From: Lingula anatina
Taxonomy: Eukaryota; Animalia; Brachiopoda
Direction: 5' to 3'
Assembly (NCBI GenBank): GCA_051362555.1
Contig: CM120640.1
Location: 54,600,788 to 54,664,787 of the forward strand
Length of the DNA: 64,000 nt
In this document: positions 22,568-46,592 of the stretch, piece after piece
Layout: every line of letters begins with the position of its first letter
How positions within the stretch are numbered: position 1 is the first letter of the stretch
Notes under the pieces: generated by a model
Told to the model about the DNA's origin: nothing
Seen by the model: the letters and a program-made list of their open reading frames with translations, nothing else
Databases searched by the model: none
Program-made: the position numbers and the translations under genes

Positions 22568-25500
22568 AGTTCAATCTGAATGACAAAGAAAAACTGCTTT
22601 AAAACATGTTATAATACCCTGTGTTGAATAGATAGAAATGTTAATTAGTACAGGAAAAGTTGCCATGCAAGGGAAAATATTTAAAATACACACAAACACA
22701 GGGACTACAAATCCATTTTTAGACTGAAGGTGTCTAACACATTTAATATACACATCGATAATGTAACAATGAATGATGCACTCCTTTGTCTCAGTGACAG
22801 TAATATCAAATATTCTTTAAAATACGTAACAGAATCTAATAGATGCTTTTATACATGCAATTGAAAGTAATACATATTATTATTATTATGTATCTGTACA
22901 AATATATGACTCAATGTACACTGAAAATAGACTAAAATACACCACTTGAGGTCACTAGACCATCAGAAATAACAGCAGACTACGAGAGGCAAGGGTAACA
23001 GTGGAAATGCTATGTACATGCACTCTTGTCAGTTATGCCAAAGAATATATATACTTTCTAGTACATCTATTATTGAACTTGACCAGTGTCTTTATTTTTA
23101 AACTACCTATGTTTTGGACAAATTTGACATGGATTTCTGTATCTGAATTCAGCCTTATTTTCCCTACTTTGTCATTATAATAATGGACACAATATTTGGA
23201 ACTTTGAAGGTATACCTGGTTTATGTCTTCAATCTGCCCCTGCATATAATTGCCTCCCCCAAAGTCATGCAACATGCACCATATAAAAGGCTGGCCATAG
23301 AAAGACTCAAACCTTTCATATTGGGGATACAACTCGGCTCGAAGATCAAGAAGTATCATGCGACCCTAAAAATGCACGCAAAATTCATGCTCAAATCAAA
23401 TTTTGAAATGAGCTAATGGGTAAATGTGAAGTACTAACTAGTATTATAACAATAAAAAGGGTTTAGTATTGGATACCTCAGTTTGAATATCATGCAGCAC
23501 TGTAAAAGAAAAAAGATTTGCAGGTGAATGTTATAGTTTTGGAATCTACACATGCTCTGCAGTTAATGCTGAGGTGGTCCTGTCATAAAAAATCCATGCA
23601 TCTTCTAATAATGAAGATTAAATGTGATGATGTGAAAAAATATACCATACTAGTATAAAGCAAATGAAAAACAGACATGCTTGTTAATCCACAAGCACTA
23701 CTATAACAGGTCTATCTGGAATGAAATAATACTTATGACATTAAGAAATACGATTCATGTCTCAATGTATGGCTGAAGAGTTTTATTAGTGGTACAGTCT
23801 ACCTTGTTGACAGACTCTGTCTGCCCCTGAAGCCCTAAAACACCACCAAAGTTATGGAGCATGCACCATATAAATGGCTGCCCTGCAAATGAGTCTAACT
23901 GTTCATACAAAGGCTGGCGCTCTGCATTCAAGTCAAGAACAATCATTCTGCCCTAGAAAGAAGTTATTCGGGGTCATAAAACCTGATACTTGTAGAAATA
24001 AATTTGTATTAACGAATTGGCTTTTAATGCCTTTGTATATCTATTTTAACATATCTTTTTCAGAAAATTGTCACTTGTATTTGAAAAATATTTCCAAGTT
24101 ATAATTTTGAATAAATAAAAATAAGATTTTAAACATTTTCAAATAAATCAGAATTATATTTAAACATAATCAAAATTACTCTCTGTCGGCTGATTAAAGG
24201 GAAAATGCACAAGAATGTCCCAAACCAACCTGTGGCACTGACGTCAGCAAAGCCTTAGCCCTGTCAGCATTCCAAAATGAACTCAAGAACAGCCAAGCCT
24301 GCATAAGCCTAGAACATATGTCAAGATGTCAAGACCAGTGGAATAAATTTAGTATTATCAGCTTTTTAAGAACAAAGCACCTAATACAGCTTAACATTTT
24401 TTCCTCACCAAATTAAAAGAGTTTGCAACAGGTTATATTGCCATGCATCTACAATAATATTTTCAGTTATTTCTTGGATACTCTCAAACTACTCAGTTCA
24501 ATGTATCACATCAATGCCAGTTACCATATTGCTTGAGGATCACCTGATTCCATTCCTTTAAACACAGCTTTTCCAGCACCAGATATATATGACAGGGCCC
24601 TGAAACAACACAGCACTGCTTACATACTTTGTTAATTATCAAGCTCTACATTTTCAAGAGTGGATTTAGATCAGAAATTTACATACCAAATGCTTTTATT
24701 TCATTGTCTACCGCTACCAAACATAGACAATTACAAAAATTTTAATACATTGTGCAAAAATGCATTAATTACATTCAGCTTTAAAGTGAGATATAAAATG
24801 TTACCCTGATGATGGAGTCATTTCATTAAAAGTGTCAGCATTGTAGATGTGGTTGGTTCCATTAAATTCTTTACTCATCTGTCAAAAAAAAAAAAAAACA
24901 ATAATATGATAAACCCTCAATAAACCTATTCCCTCAATGTGGAAGGAAATAGTTTCATATTACAGTGGTATGCAAAACACATTTTGAAACACAGAGCATA
25001 TTGATCAAACTTTTGATAATTTTAATGACCAATATTTCAGTTCAAGATGGGGCAATACTCTACAGAAAAAGAAAGTACAAACATATTTTAACAAAAAGTG
25101 AGTAAAATTGAAAACAGCAATTGTATTCCTCTTGTTCATAAAAATCCAAAACATTTCCCTCTTGCCACATAAAAAATTATTTACCTCTTCAATAAATGCT
25201 TGCCCAACTTTGACAAACATGGGATCATTAGGGTCAAGGAGATACGTGCTGTAATAAAAAATCTTCAAGCTTATTTATACCACATCTTTATAAACACATG
25301 CCTGCACAAAAAACATCAAATTCATTCATTAGAGAAATGTAGATTTTGTGACCAATTACAGATTGAAGAAGATATTTAAAAAAGACATTCCAAAAGGGCA
25401 CACATTACTGTGGCCAGCAATAACATCACAAAGCAAGCCCAGCAAAGCCCTCAAAAGGAAAAAGGATAAGCAACAACTGGTGCCATGACCTAGGCTGATA

Positions 25501-28500
25501 CCAAAAGACTAGGCTTAAATTATAGAGAGCTTAAGGAAGACCTCAAGACTGGGGCTAATTGAGGGAACTTGTAGGTGGCCTATACCCCAGTGAGGCAATG
25601 CGCATAAGTAAGCACAGTAAGTACTCAAACCACTCTGTATTCAAACCAATGTCACATTATAACAGTTATATAGTTTGACAGTGCTTTTGATCTTCACATT
25701 ACTAAAATGTATTTTTTACTTTGACATGTTACCACTCTATCTTATTTGAGACAAGTTTCAAAATGTGCCATTTATTGCCAAGTAGAAAAGTCTCACCAGC
25801 AGTATTTGGGATCTGCAAAACCTGCCCATCCACCCAGCCTCGTACAGTTGACATTAGGATACACTCTGAAATTAAAATCATCCATATCAATAACTTACAG
25901 ACATATATCTCATGATACTCTTTTTCACTGCAGGGTTTATCCCTAATGCTATATTCTAGTTGTTGACTTGTTAGGAATCAAAGTCTTATCAAGGATCAAT
26001 GGCACTGATATGTCCAAAAAACAATTAGATATTGATAAGTCTATTTGATATCAAAAGATAAATCTTTAAATAAATTATGAATCAAAATTTTAATACTTCT
26101 ACTCCACTCCAAGAATACCTTGTAAATCCTTCTGGGATATGTCCTGCAAATCCTGGCAGTACAGGCAGCATACCCAATTCTCTCATTCGTCTCAGTATCT
26201 GATGTTGTAGCTTTAGCTGGTTGTCTAACCAGGTTTGTGGTATGGGTCCACCAAACCCACGCATATTCCCCATTCTGCCCCTAATTGTAGAATATTTCAT
26301 TTGGATTAAAATCTGAATACTACCGTGTAACATGAAAATCTGACTCCCATGAAAATGTGACTCCCCAGTCAGATTTTCATTATGAAAATGTGACTCCCCA
26401 GTCAGATTTTCATAATGAAAATCTGACTCCCCCCATGAAAATTTGACTCCCCCTCCACAAAACTTCATACATCTTATTTTATTTTGAGTATGTGACTGTG
26501 ATCTTGTAGTATGTGAAATGGAGGATACATTGGCGCTTTTTTGTAATTTGCAGGTGAAAATTTTCATGAAAAAATAAGAAAATTAAAAATGTCCACTTAA
26601 TCGCCTATTGTCTCCCCTATGAAAAAGTTATTTAATATTTGATGATCATTTCAACACCTTTTCTTTTAGGATACTTATGAAAAATATATTGGAAATATTT
26701 AAAGGTTTGATGATAAAATAGTGAAAACATGAAAAAGAAATCATGAAAATCTTTATTTTTACACCCATGAGATTTGGACTCCCATTGAGAAAAGGACCTA
26801 TTTTATATTCAGTCACCATACCACTGTTTTCCACATAGTTTGCATAGAGATGGATATTTTGTCATTATTTGAAAGTTTGATGATGAAAATTTTGGTCAAT
26901 ATTTTTAAAACAAGTATCCATCTTTATTCTTGTAGGTTTTGCACTCCCATGTCAAAACACTACAATTTCATTATGTGCACATTTTTAATTTTCTCATTTT
27001 TTCATTAAAATTTTCACTGCAAACTACAAAAAATGTGCCAATGTATCAACCATTTTACATGCTACAAGATCACAGTCATATACTCAAAATAAAATAAGAT
27101 TTATGAAGTTTTGTGGCGGGGGAGTCAAATTTTCATGGTAGAGTCAGATTTTCATTATGTGCACATTTTTAATTTTCTCATTTTTTCATTAAAATTTTCA
27201 CTGCAAACTACAAAAAATGTACCAATGTATCAACCATTTTACATAATACAAGATCACAGCCATATACTCAAAATAAAATAAGTTTTATGAAGTTTTGTGG
27301 AGGGGGAGTCAAATTTTCATGGGGAAGTCAGATTTTCATTATGTGCTCATTTTTAATTTTCTTATTTGTTTATTAAAATTCTCACTGCAAACTACAAAAA
27401 AAAATGTGCCAATGTATCAACCATTTTACATACTACAAGATCACAGTCATATACTAAACTAATTAGAGATTAATGAATGTTTTTTTGTAGGGGAGTCAAA
27501 TTTTCATAGGGGAACCACATTTTCATTATGTGCACATTTTTAATTTTTCTTTTTTTTTATGAAAATTTTCACCTGCAAACTACAAAAAAGTGCCAATGTA
27601 TCATCCATTATGCATACTACAAAATCATAGTCATTTACTCAAATGAAATGAGATTAATGAATGTTTTTTTTTGGGGGGGAGTCAAAATTTCATGGGGTGA
27701 GTCAGATTTTCATTATGAAAATCTGACTGGGGAGTCACATTTTCATAATGAAAATCTGACTGGGGAGTCACATTTTAGGGGAGTCAGATTTTCATGGTAC
27801 ACCTGTCCGGTAACTTTTCATTACCTGTTACTATGAGCGGAAAGGCCATCCTGTCCATCATACAAAAATAAAGCAATGTAAAATCAACAATGCATATTAG
27901 TTCTACTGGAAAAACTATTGCTATGTAATTTTAGCACACAATTTGCAAATCTTGTACACTTACCAAGCAAGAAAAGCAGGACCAGCAAAGTGCTCATCCA
28001 AATCCTTTTGTGAGAGACCCAGTTTGAGATAAACCTTAAATGATAAAAAATTAATCGTGTTTTTAACAAAGCAACTTGGAAAAAATCAAACAACAAAAAA
28101 TTTATTTTTCAATCATAACTTCCTGTTACCTTCTGCCATATTGCCTCCTGTCCAGTGAAAGCCAGGGGTAGGTTTATTCCATTCAGGGCCATCCAGTCAA
28201 TCTCCCGCTCCCACCTTGTCCAGTTCCACCACACAAAGGAGTAGCTTGATGTACACACATTCTGATAGTAGCGGAACCTGAGAGCAAAAAATAAGTTTTA
28301 AAAATAGACAAAAAAAAAAAAAAAACAAAACAAAACAAAAAACAAATAAATAAATAAACACCCCATGAAACAAACTTTGACTTACTGTAGCACTGATCAA
28401 CTCTACAATGATCGGTTCTAAATATAAAAAGGAATTTATTACATAAGTACTGACTAACTGCACAATCTCTATATAATGTGCTTTAAAAGGTTATGTATAC

Positions 28501-30489
28501 TATAGCAAAATTAGCACATCTTGCCTGTAGAACATTTAAAAAGTAAAAATACCTATCATTGGATGTTATTTTTATACCAGGATCAGGAACTGGTCTAAAT
28601 CCTCTCCAGGTTTTCTGGTCTCCACCCCAGGAGAAGTGAAAGCCCTGGTAGTGTTTGAGATAATACTGTAAACCCCAGGCAGCAGCAACTCCTGTTGTAC
28701 CAGTGACATGGATGACATTCTGCACTGTTTGCAGCTAAAGAACATATATCTTGAAAGTTAATTATTTTCATAGATGATTGTGAACATTTATGTACGAGTA
28801 ATATTGGGTGGATAACAATGCACCATACCGCAATTTCAATTTCGCAAAACCTGTTAAACTATACTGTACTGCAACTACATTCTACTTGATACAAATACAT
28901 AATGTTGTCTGGAATACACAGATGTTTTGACTCAGTACCTATCATATCCATATGATGCTCAATACAAAAATCATTATGATCTTTAAATGCATAGCTGGAA
29001 TAGAGCTACATGAATCAGATTCAGCTAGCTTAACACATTAAAGCTAGCAATGGCATTTTCATTGAATGCAACAAGCTGCTTGTGCATCTGCTATGCACAT
29101 TATTTTAAACCAGGACCAAATTCAGTTCAATGAGTGCCACTAAAATGCAAGTGTCTTGAATCAATGGAACATGGCTGTACATGTATATTTACCAGTAGCT
29201 AAGAGTAATATATATGTAAAGGTAGATAAGAAATAGTTGTAGTTAACATCATATACTGATACAATTACAGTGCACATAAAGCACGCAGAAATTAGGAAGA
29301 CAAAAGAGAAGTACTAAAATGTATGAAATTTTAATTTGTAATTTCCATTTTAGGTATACACATAAGTTAAATGTAATATACTGAGTACAAGTAAAACAGT
29401 GATAGGAATACAGTGTACCTTAAAAGAGTCCCTATTTGGGACTCCTAACTCAGAATCTACTTTGAACTGAAAGAATTTGGCATTATCACCCAGTGCCCTT
29501 GTAGCTAGCGCCTTCACAGCAGCCTCCTGGATGTCTGGTGGTACCTTGGTGTGTAGGTGGTCCAACGTTGGAAACTCAACAGATGCAGTAACATGCCTGT
29601 CTCCAGGAGCAAACAAAAGAAACAAGATGACCTGAAAAACAATTTATGAGAATTATGTGCACACTGTAAGCCTGACTCTTCAGGATGCAGCATTACTTGT
29701 TTCATGTAAAGCAGCTTGCACATTCATGCATTAGTTCTCTGGTCCTACTAAATAGAAAAACCATGCATGAAAAATCCTTGAATACCTCAAGGTACATGCT
29801 AGTATGTATTCTGCTCCATGAAAACCACAAGAAAACCTCCCAAAAGTCAATGTAATTGGCAAATTTACCAAATATTTAGATAATTTAGACTTAATTTCAT
29901 TGCTAACACCCAATGCAACAGTACATATCAGAGACCGTATAGGAGTGCAAACACAAGAAATTCCATGCTTACACTGCATGTAGACTACATGGAGAAGATG
30001 ACAAATTAATGGAGTGCTGGTATAGTGCGGTGTAGGTATCATGCAGTAGTGTTTAAAGGGATAATAACTCTTCGTATGAGATTTATATTTCACAATAAAA
30101 ACATTGTGAATAACTCAGAGAAATGTGATATATATCTGTTTTACCACAAAAACGGCAGTTATAGCTATTATTCTGACATCTGAGCTGGTCTTCAGACCAC
30201 ATGACCTCCACTGAAGGCTGTACTCTGTCATAATCTCTTAAGAGATTTTAACAAAAAACCAAACTTTTCAGAAAAAAACCAGGGACTTACTTTGAATGTA
30301 AAAATGGATTCATTAACCATTGGTAAGTATGGGAAAAATGCTCCTTACTCCAGGAAAATTCATTTTTTGGCTAAAACAAAGAGTTATTATCCCTTTAATC
30401 TTAGATCCATAAATGAAAAATCCATAAATGTGTGTGTATGTGCATGTGTGTGTATGTTTTTAAAAAGAATATAAGTAGTATACATGTGA

Positions 30490-30557
<68 letters not shown>

Positions 30558-30885
30558 AAGAGAAAGTGATGTCCTAAGGCACGTAATTTAGTAGAACGTT
30601 AACAGGTTTAAATTGCACAGTGCATATTTGCTAATAAATAAATAAATAAATAAATGAATGAATGAATAAAATAAAATAAAATACTGACTGTCATTGTAAT
30701 TTTTGATCATCAAACCGATATTTCTTTTAAATTTTGGAGATTAAAATTTCAACCAAATTGAGTTTATGCTGTTGGACCCTTTGTGCCATAGAAATAGAAA
30801 GACTGTGTACTTCTATGGTTTGTACCAAAGAATTATAGCTCTTTTCCGCTCTTTTTGTACTCACCGCACACCGTGTTGACATCAT
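17947..30885 (-). CDS. NAGLU: Alpha-N-acetylglucosaminidase (GH89), multi-exon, with two duplicated exon pairs
   Basis: Exons (minus): 30865-30885 (MMSTRCA), 29419-29631, 28553-28734, 28130-28277 ([16 protein letters not shown]...[11 protein letters not shown]), 27964-28034 (GPAFLAW), 26119-26280 (GRMGNM...PVLPGFAGH), 25797-25865, 25185-25248, 24805-24878 (YNADTFNEM, catalytic Glu), 24525-24599, 24230-24308 (WLMQAWLF), [23803-23952 or 23216-23365], 22250-22392 ([10 protein letters not shown], second catalytic Glu), 21900-21972, [21449-21535 or 21224-21319], 20322-20407, 20045-20149 (YDLVDVTRQ), 19512-19695 ([14 protein letters not shown]), 19079-19180 ([10 protein letters not shown]), 18502-18601, 17947-18143. 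The N-terminus is hydrophobic and signal-peptide-like. Confidence 0.97.
20741..20896. mobile_element. Small hAT-like MITE in NAGLU intron
   Basis: Terminal inverted repeat catgggtgaaa...tttcacccatg with internal ctgaaaa repeats; no clear TSD. Confidence 0.55.
21224..21319 (-). CDS. NAGLU: NAGLU alternative exon B2 (96 nt)
   Basis: tag|[32 protein letters not shown]|gtaagt; phase 0-0. Confidence 0.88.
21449..21535 (-). CDS. NAGLU: NAGLU alternative exon B1 (87 nt)
   Basis: cag|[29 protein letters not shown]|gtaagt; phase 0-0. Confidence 0.88.
23216..23365 (-). CDS. NAGLU: NAGLU alternative exon A2 (150 nt)
   Basis: ag|[50 protein letters not shown]|gtatac; phase 0-0. Confidence 0.92.
23803..23952 (-). 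CDS. NAGLU: NAGLU alternative exon A1 (150 nt)
   Basis: ag|[50 protein letters not shown]|gtagac; phase 0-0. Confidence 0.93.
26323..27810. mobile_element. ~1.5-kb non-autonomous TIR element built from nested tandem repeats
   Basis: Termini ta|ccg..tgta.catgaaaatctgactccc and its inverse ...cgg|ta. Palindromic ~30-bp units (atgaaaatgtgactccccagtcagattttcat) lie at both ends; a ~180-bp unit occurs about 4 times at ~26970-27715 and once inverted at ~26400-26590. Confidence 0.75.
30490..30553. repeat. Compound (GT)n(GA)n microsatellite
   Basis: Direct reading. Confidence 0.95.
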
Positions 30886-30945
30886 TTCACACCAGGAAGT
30901 GACTTCAAGACAGCCAACTTCTGTTACTAAAATAACTTCCGGTTT
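30886..30945 (-). promoter_or_regulatory. NAGLU 5' UTR/promoter with ETS (GABPA-like) motifs
   Basis: caggaagt (~30893) and acttccggt (~30935) lie immediately upstream of the start codon, as is typical of housekeeping promoters. Confidence 0.45.
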
Positions 30946-31123
30946 ACTAATAGCCTACTAATTTTATTTATTTCATATTTTGATTTATTTAATATAAATA
31001 TATATAACATTATCTTTTATAATAATTCAATTTATTCAGCCTATCTACACTTAAGAAATATGAGCAATATATCTATGCTAAATATGTTTATAAATGTTCT
31101 TTGAAACCTTCCCGGCAGTCATT

Positions 31124-31195
31124 GGGGATGTAGCTCAGTGGTAGAGCGCACGCTTCGCATGTGTGAGGCCCCGGGTTCAATCCCCGGCATCTCCA
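31124..31195 (+). tRNA. trnA-CGC: tRNA-Ala (anticodon CGC)
   Basis: GGGGATGTAGCTCAGTGGTAGAGCGCACGCTTCGCATGTGTGAGGCCCCGGGTTCAATCCCCGGCATCTCCA. Canonical cloverleaf, A/B boxes, anticodon loop TT-CGC-AT, oligo-T Pol III terminator at ~31200 and TATAAA at about -35. Confidence 0.97.
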
Positions 31196-31419
31196 CGTGT
31201 TTTTTTTCTTTTCTTTTCAAAATATCTCATGCATACTTTGAAAATTAAAATGTGGGGGGAAAAAACACTTACATTAATGAAAATAAAACAAATCAAAAAC
31301 CATTTAACATCATTACTACACACTGGTGAGCCCATCAACATAAAAATGTTTATTTAAAAAGATATATGTTCAATACAATGAAAATTACATTTCTGATGCT
31401 GTAAACAACTTAGTCAAAT

Positions 31420-31585
31420 GGCCACATTCAGAACAGTGGACTAACTATTCCGTGGGTCAAATATGGCAACCCACAAAAAAACTTGCCGTCTTAATCCGCT
31501 TATAGACACTGAATAGATATCCCGTGGGGAAGTATTCAAGTGGGTCAGCCAAATTTGACCGTAGTCCACTGTTCTGAATGCAGCT
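31420..31585. mobile_element. MITE family A, copy 3 (opposite orientation)
   Basis: cattcagaacagtggacta...tagtccactgttctgaatg; interior is the reverse complement of copy 1. Confidence 0.75.
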
Positions 31586-32425
31586 AAATGAAAGTGCAAG
31601 GGTATACAGTCTCATAGATTTTAAATGGTCAAAAAACTTCTTCTAATAGCAAGTTATAATATACCTTATATCCATTTTTACATGGGTTTGCAATAGGCAT
31701 CATTTGCAATGGTCTAAAAAGATGCTTGGAACAGTGTGTGATATGTAATGTAAGTGAGTCTAGATAAAGTGAAAGAATCCCTATATTGTAAGCTATATGG
31801 GTAAAACTCTTTGCACTGGGAATTTCTTTGTACAAAAACTGTGTATATAGAGAATCTGTACTTTTGTTATATATACATATATTGCATAAGATATATACAT
31901 ATAATATGCATATATTGCTTTCTTAAGCATAAGAAAACAAAAAGAAACATATTTGACATATTTGTAGATAAACTGTCAGCTTTTATTTGTAGCGGATTTT
32001 GAACCTTAATTTATTTTTGGCCCCACTCTCCTCAAAATCCTGCCAAATTCTGGATATCTCAGATAATGCCCATTCCAAACATGTTTTTAAAAAGAATATA
32101 ACTAGTATGTAACAGCACTGAAGTTACTTATGTAATTAGTTCAAATACAGTGACACAATTTATGACATGTAATTGAGGAATTTAAATCAAGGAATTGTAT
32201 ACATCACTGCATAAATACAGCATGCTAGTACACCTAAAGCAGTCCAGCTGCTTCAAACCTTTAGGGCATTAAAATATCTTTATGAACAAAGAAATCCAAT
32301 AGTATCCTGAACTTCTTACAATTATACTGAATTAAAACAATGTACACTTAACCATAGTGTTTATTCATCATTATCCAATGAAATCTTGTGTATTTTATTA
32401 CACTGTATATACATTATATACAGCT

Positions 32426-43991
<11,566 letters not shown>

Positions 43992-45640
43992 TTGAGGTTC
44001 TCCTAAAGTCATCCCTTCTTATACGAACTTTCACATTTTCCTAACAACAGATCCTCATTGGTGATAAACAGTTTCCTGTACCTTACAAGTGACTGTCAAA
44101 TGTCTTGTCCACCTGTACTTATTGTACCACGAAGGAGAAACTAGAACACAGGTCACAACAACACAATGAAAGCAGTGAAGCAGAAACATCAGGAAGGTAT
44201 TGTATAACCCCTTTGGTCACTTATCCATATTGTCACCATGGGGATAATGTCAGATGAGGAAACAAATACATTGTAAAAGAACAGATTATGTCAGTAATAA
44301 TAAATTGAACAGTTAACGTCATGCACTGAATGTTAGACATCTGAAAAGAGTTGATTTATATAAGCTGTACCATGCACACATCATTATTGAACTTGTGAAC
44401 TTAATATAAATACACCAGTACAATTGTCTCTTTAGAAATGTGAAAGTGCACGAACTGAAGAGCACATGCCCTCCTGTTAAAAGCTGTGGATTATATGGTT
44501 TAAAGCCTACGTCAATCCACAACAAAGGCATGAAACTTCCATCTTGCATCATTGCCAGGGCCCAGGAGTTTGCTTCCCCTAAGGTGTCATCCAACATCGG
44601 TTTAAATAATAAAAATGTCTTTAGATTTAACTTCTGGAAGTAGATGATTTGAATGCTTTCTAATGGCTGGTTCGAGCTGTGGAACCTTTACAGCTGTTCA
44701 TTTTATATCATTATTTAATTTTTTTAAATTTGTTAAAACATATTATTTCTGTTCAGTAGGCTTATTGGCTCCCTTTTTGACTGAGCATGTCTAATCAGTT
44801 TTGTCAGCAAGAACTGGCAGCAGAAATATGTGATGCCGATTAATCATCACAAATCAATGTGTCCATAGTTCCACTCTTCTCTCCAAAGCAGGAAGGGCGA
44901 TTGCTATATATGCGTTTCGATTGCTTCTGGTTGTGAATATGTTACTGCACCCCCCCCCCCCCCCCTCCCTCCACATCTACTAGTACTTCCTTCGTCATTC
45001 ATTCCTGTATTCTGGGATCTAAGAAACGCAGTAAACGCCGGAAAGTCTGCCGTTTCTCTTGTACGCAAACGTCGGTGGGTTTGGTAAGACTTTTCAATTT
45101 AGAGCAATTCAATTCAAATATTTCGCCAGCACAGCCAGTACATATCAGAACCGTCAGTAGGACTAGGAGTGCTAACGCATGGATTTTGGTGCTACATTGT
45201 TGATGGAACAGAGAACATTTAAAAAATACCAATTCAATTCATTATGCTAACTAACGGTATTTATGAACGTATTTACGTCTGTTATTCTACAATTTCAGTG
45301 AATATAATTTTTCTAAACGGTTACTTCAAAGTTTCTCTTATTTATGACTCTTAATACTCCCCGAAATTTCAACGCATTACGTTTACAGTATATTTTACCC
45401 TAGCCTGCACAGTTTTATTGAATTTTTTAAAACTGTAATGAGAAGTAAAATTCATCGCTTAGTATTTTGATAGACTCTAATGCATAAAATTCAGGTTCTT
45501 ATCTATATTTACTATCAACATATTTTCCCACCTGCCACTTTGATTGGGAGTTTGTGATTTGTTGCTCTAGATCTAAATCTTAATTTTGTAAGATTTCATT
45601 TTCGGGATTTATAAAGTAACATTTGAATGAATAGTCGTAC

Positions 45641-45877
45641 CTGTACGGAGTAGGACTACTATCCGTTTTATGACAGGAGTCGATGCTTTTATTCTTTTTT
45701 GCTGTTAAATACGCTTGCGGTGAATGCAATAACGAGCCTCGCCAGCACTGATTGTGTTAGATGTCCCGGTTGAGATCATTGCTCTCCCGTTCTCGCGCGC
45801 CCTTGTAGCGATTGTGAATGCGGACATTTTGAAACAAGACAGCCGACAAGAAGAGGTGGATCTTCCGTTGAACCAAA
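45641..45877. promoter_or_regulatory. Putative bidirectional promoter with divergent non-coding first exons
   Basis: CpG-rich patch with a tctcgcgcg motif at 45791; minus-strand donor cag|gtacga at 45640 and plus-strand donor aaa|gtaagt at 45878. It lies between two head-to-head genes. Confidence 0.55.
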
Positions 45878-46592
45878 GTAAGTTGCTTATGATTATTAAA
45901 GTATTTATGCTTTAAATCAGCACTGATTGATCATCAATACAGAAAGCAGATCAATAATTTATCGCAATAATTCGAGGGTTCAGTACGATGAGCGCAGTTT
46001 CTGCCATCAAGTTTTCTCTTTTTCTAAGCAGCAGGGCTACTACTGCTAGGCAGGTGTTGGAGAGTCTCTGTGAGAGTGGACGTGATGGGTGCTTTATGAC
46101 TTAACTCTTCCAGTGGATGACCGATTATTGGAAGTAACATTGCCTGCGAACGGGGCCGTGTGAACTACAAATAAAGGTGTAATCACAAAATTTCTACATT
46201 GCTCTAGCAGGGTCCACGCATGATTTTATTTGTAATTTGTACATTTGATCCTTGAAATTTTACACACAGAAAGCTACATATCTGGGTATTTATAAACCAT
46301 TAATTTTTTTATCAATGGCACTAAGATCAAAAGTTATTCAAGTTTTAGTGACATATTGTTGGTCACCTTTTTCAGATACCACTTTCAAAAAGTTGGCCCA
46401 CTTAATTTTCACCCCATAAAATGCCATAGGAACTTGAAATTTGTCACACAATAAGTAAAGGAGCTAGGTAGAGTACACAGTTTAAATTTTAATACTAAGA
46501 TTTTTCCAAAGCAGAGTAATGTCAGTAATGTTCATGTGAAGTAGGCAAAGTTATAGAATTTAGGGCCACAGATGAGACCATATGGGAAATAC

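Noticed and set aside
25853-25947. Short inverted similarity between a NAGLU exon start (gtgtatcctaatg) and upstream intron sequence
   Set aside because: Only ~13 imperfect bp; compatible with chance.
26323-27810. Regularly repeated ~30-bp palindromic units resembling a CRISPR array; ORFs with [10 protein letters not shown] repeats
   Set aside because: Eukaryotic context, no unique spacers and no cas genes; these are tandem repeats inside a TIR element.
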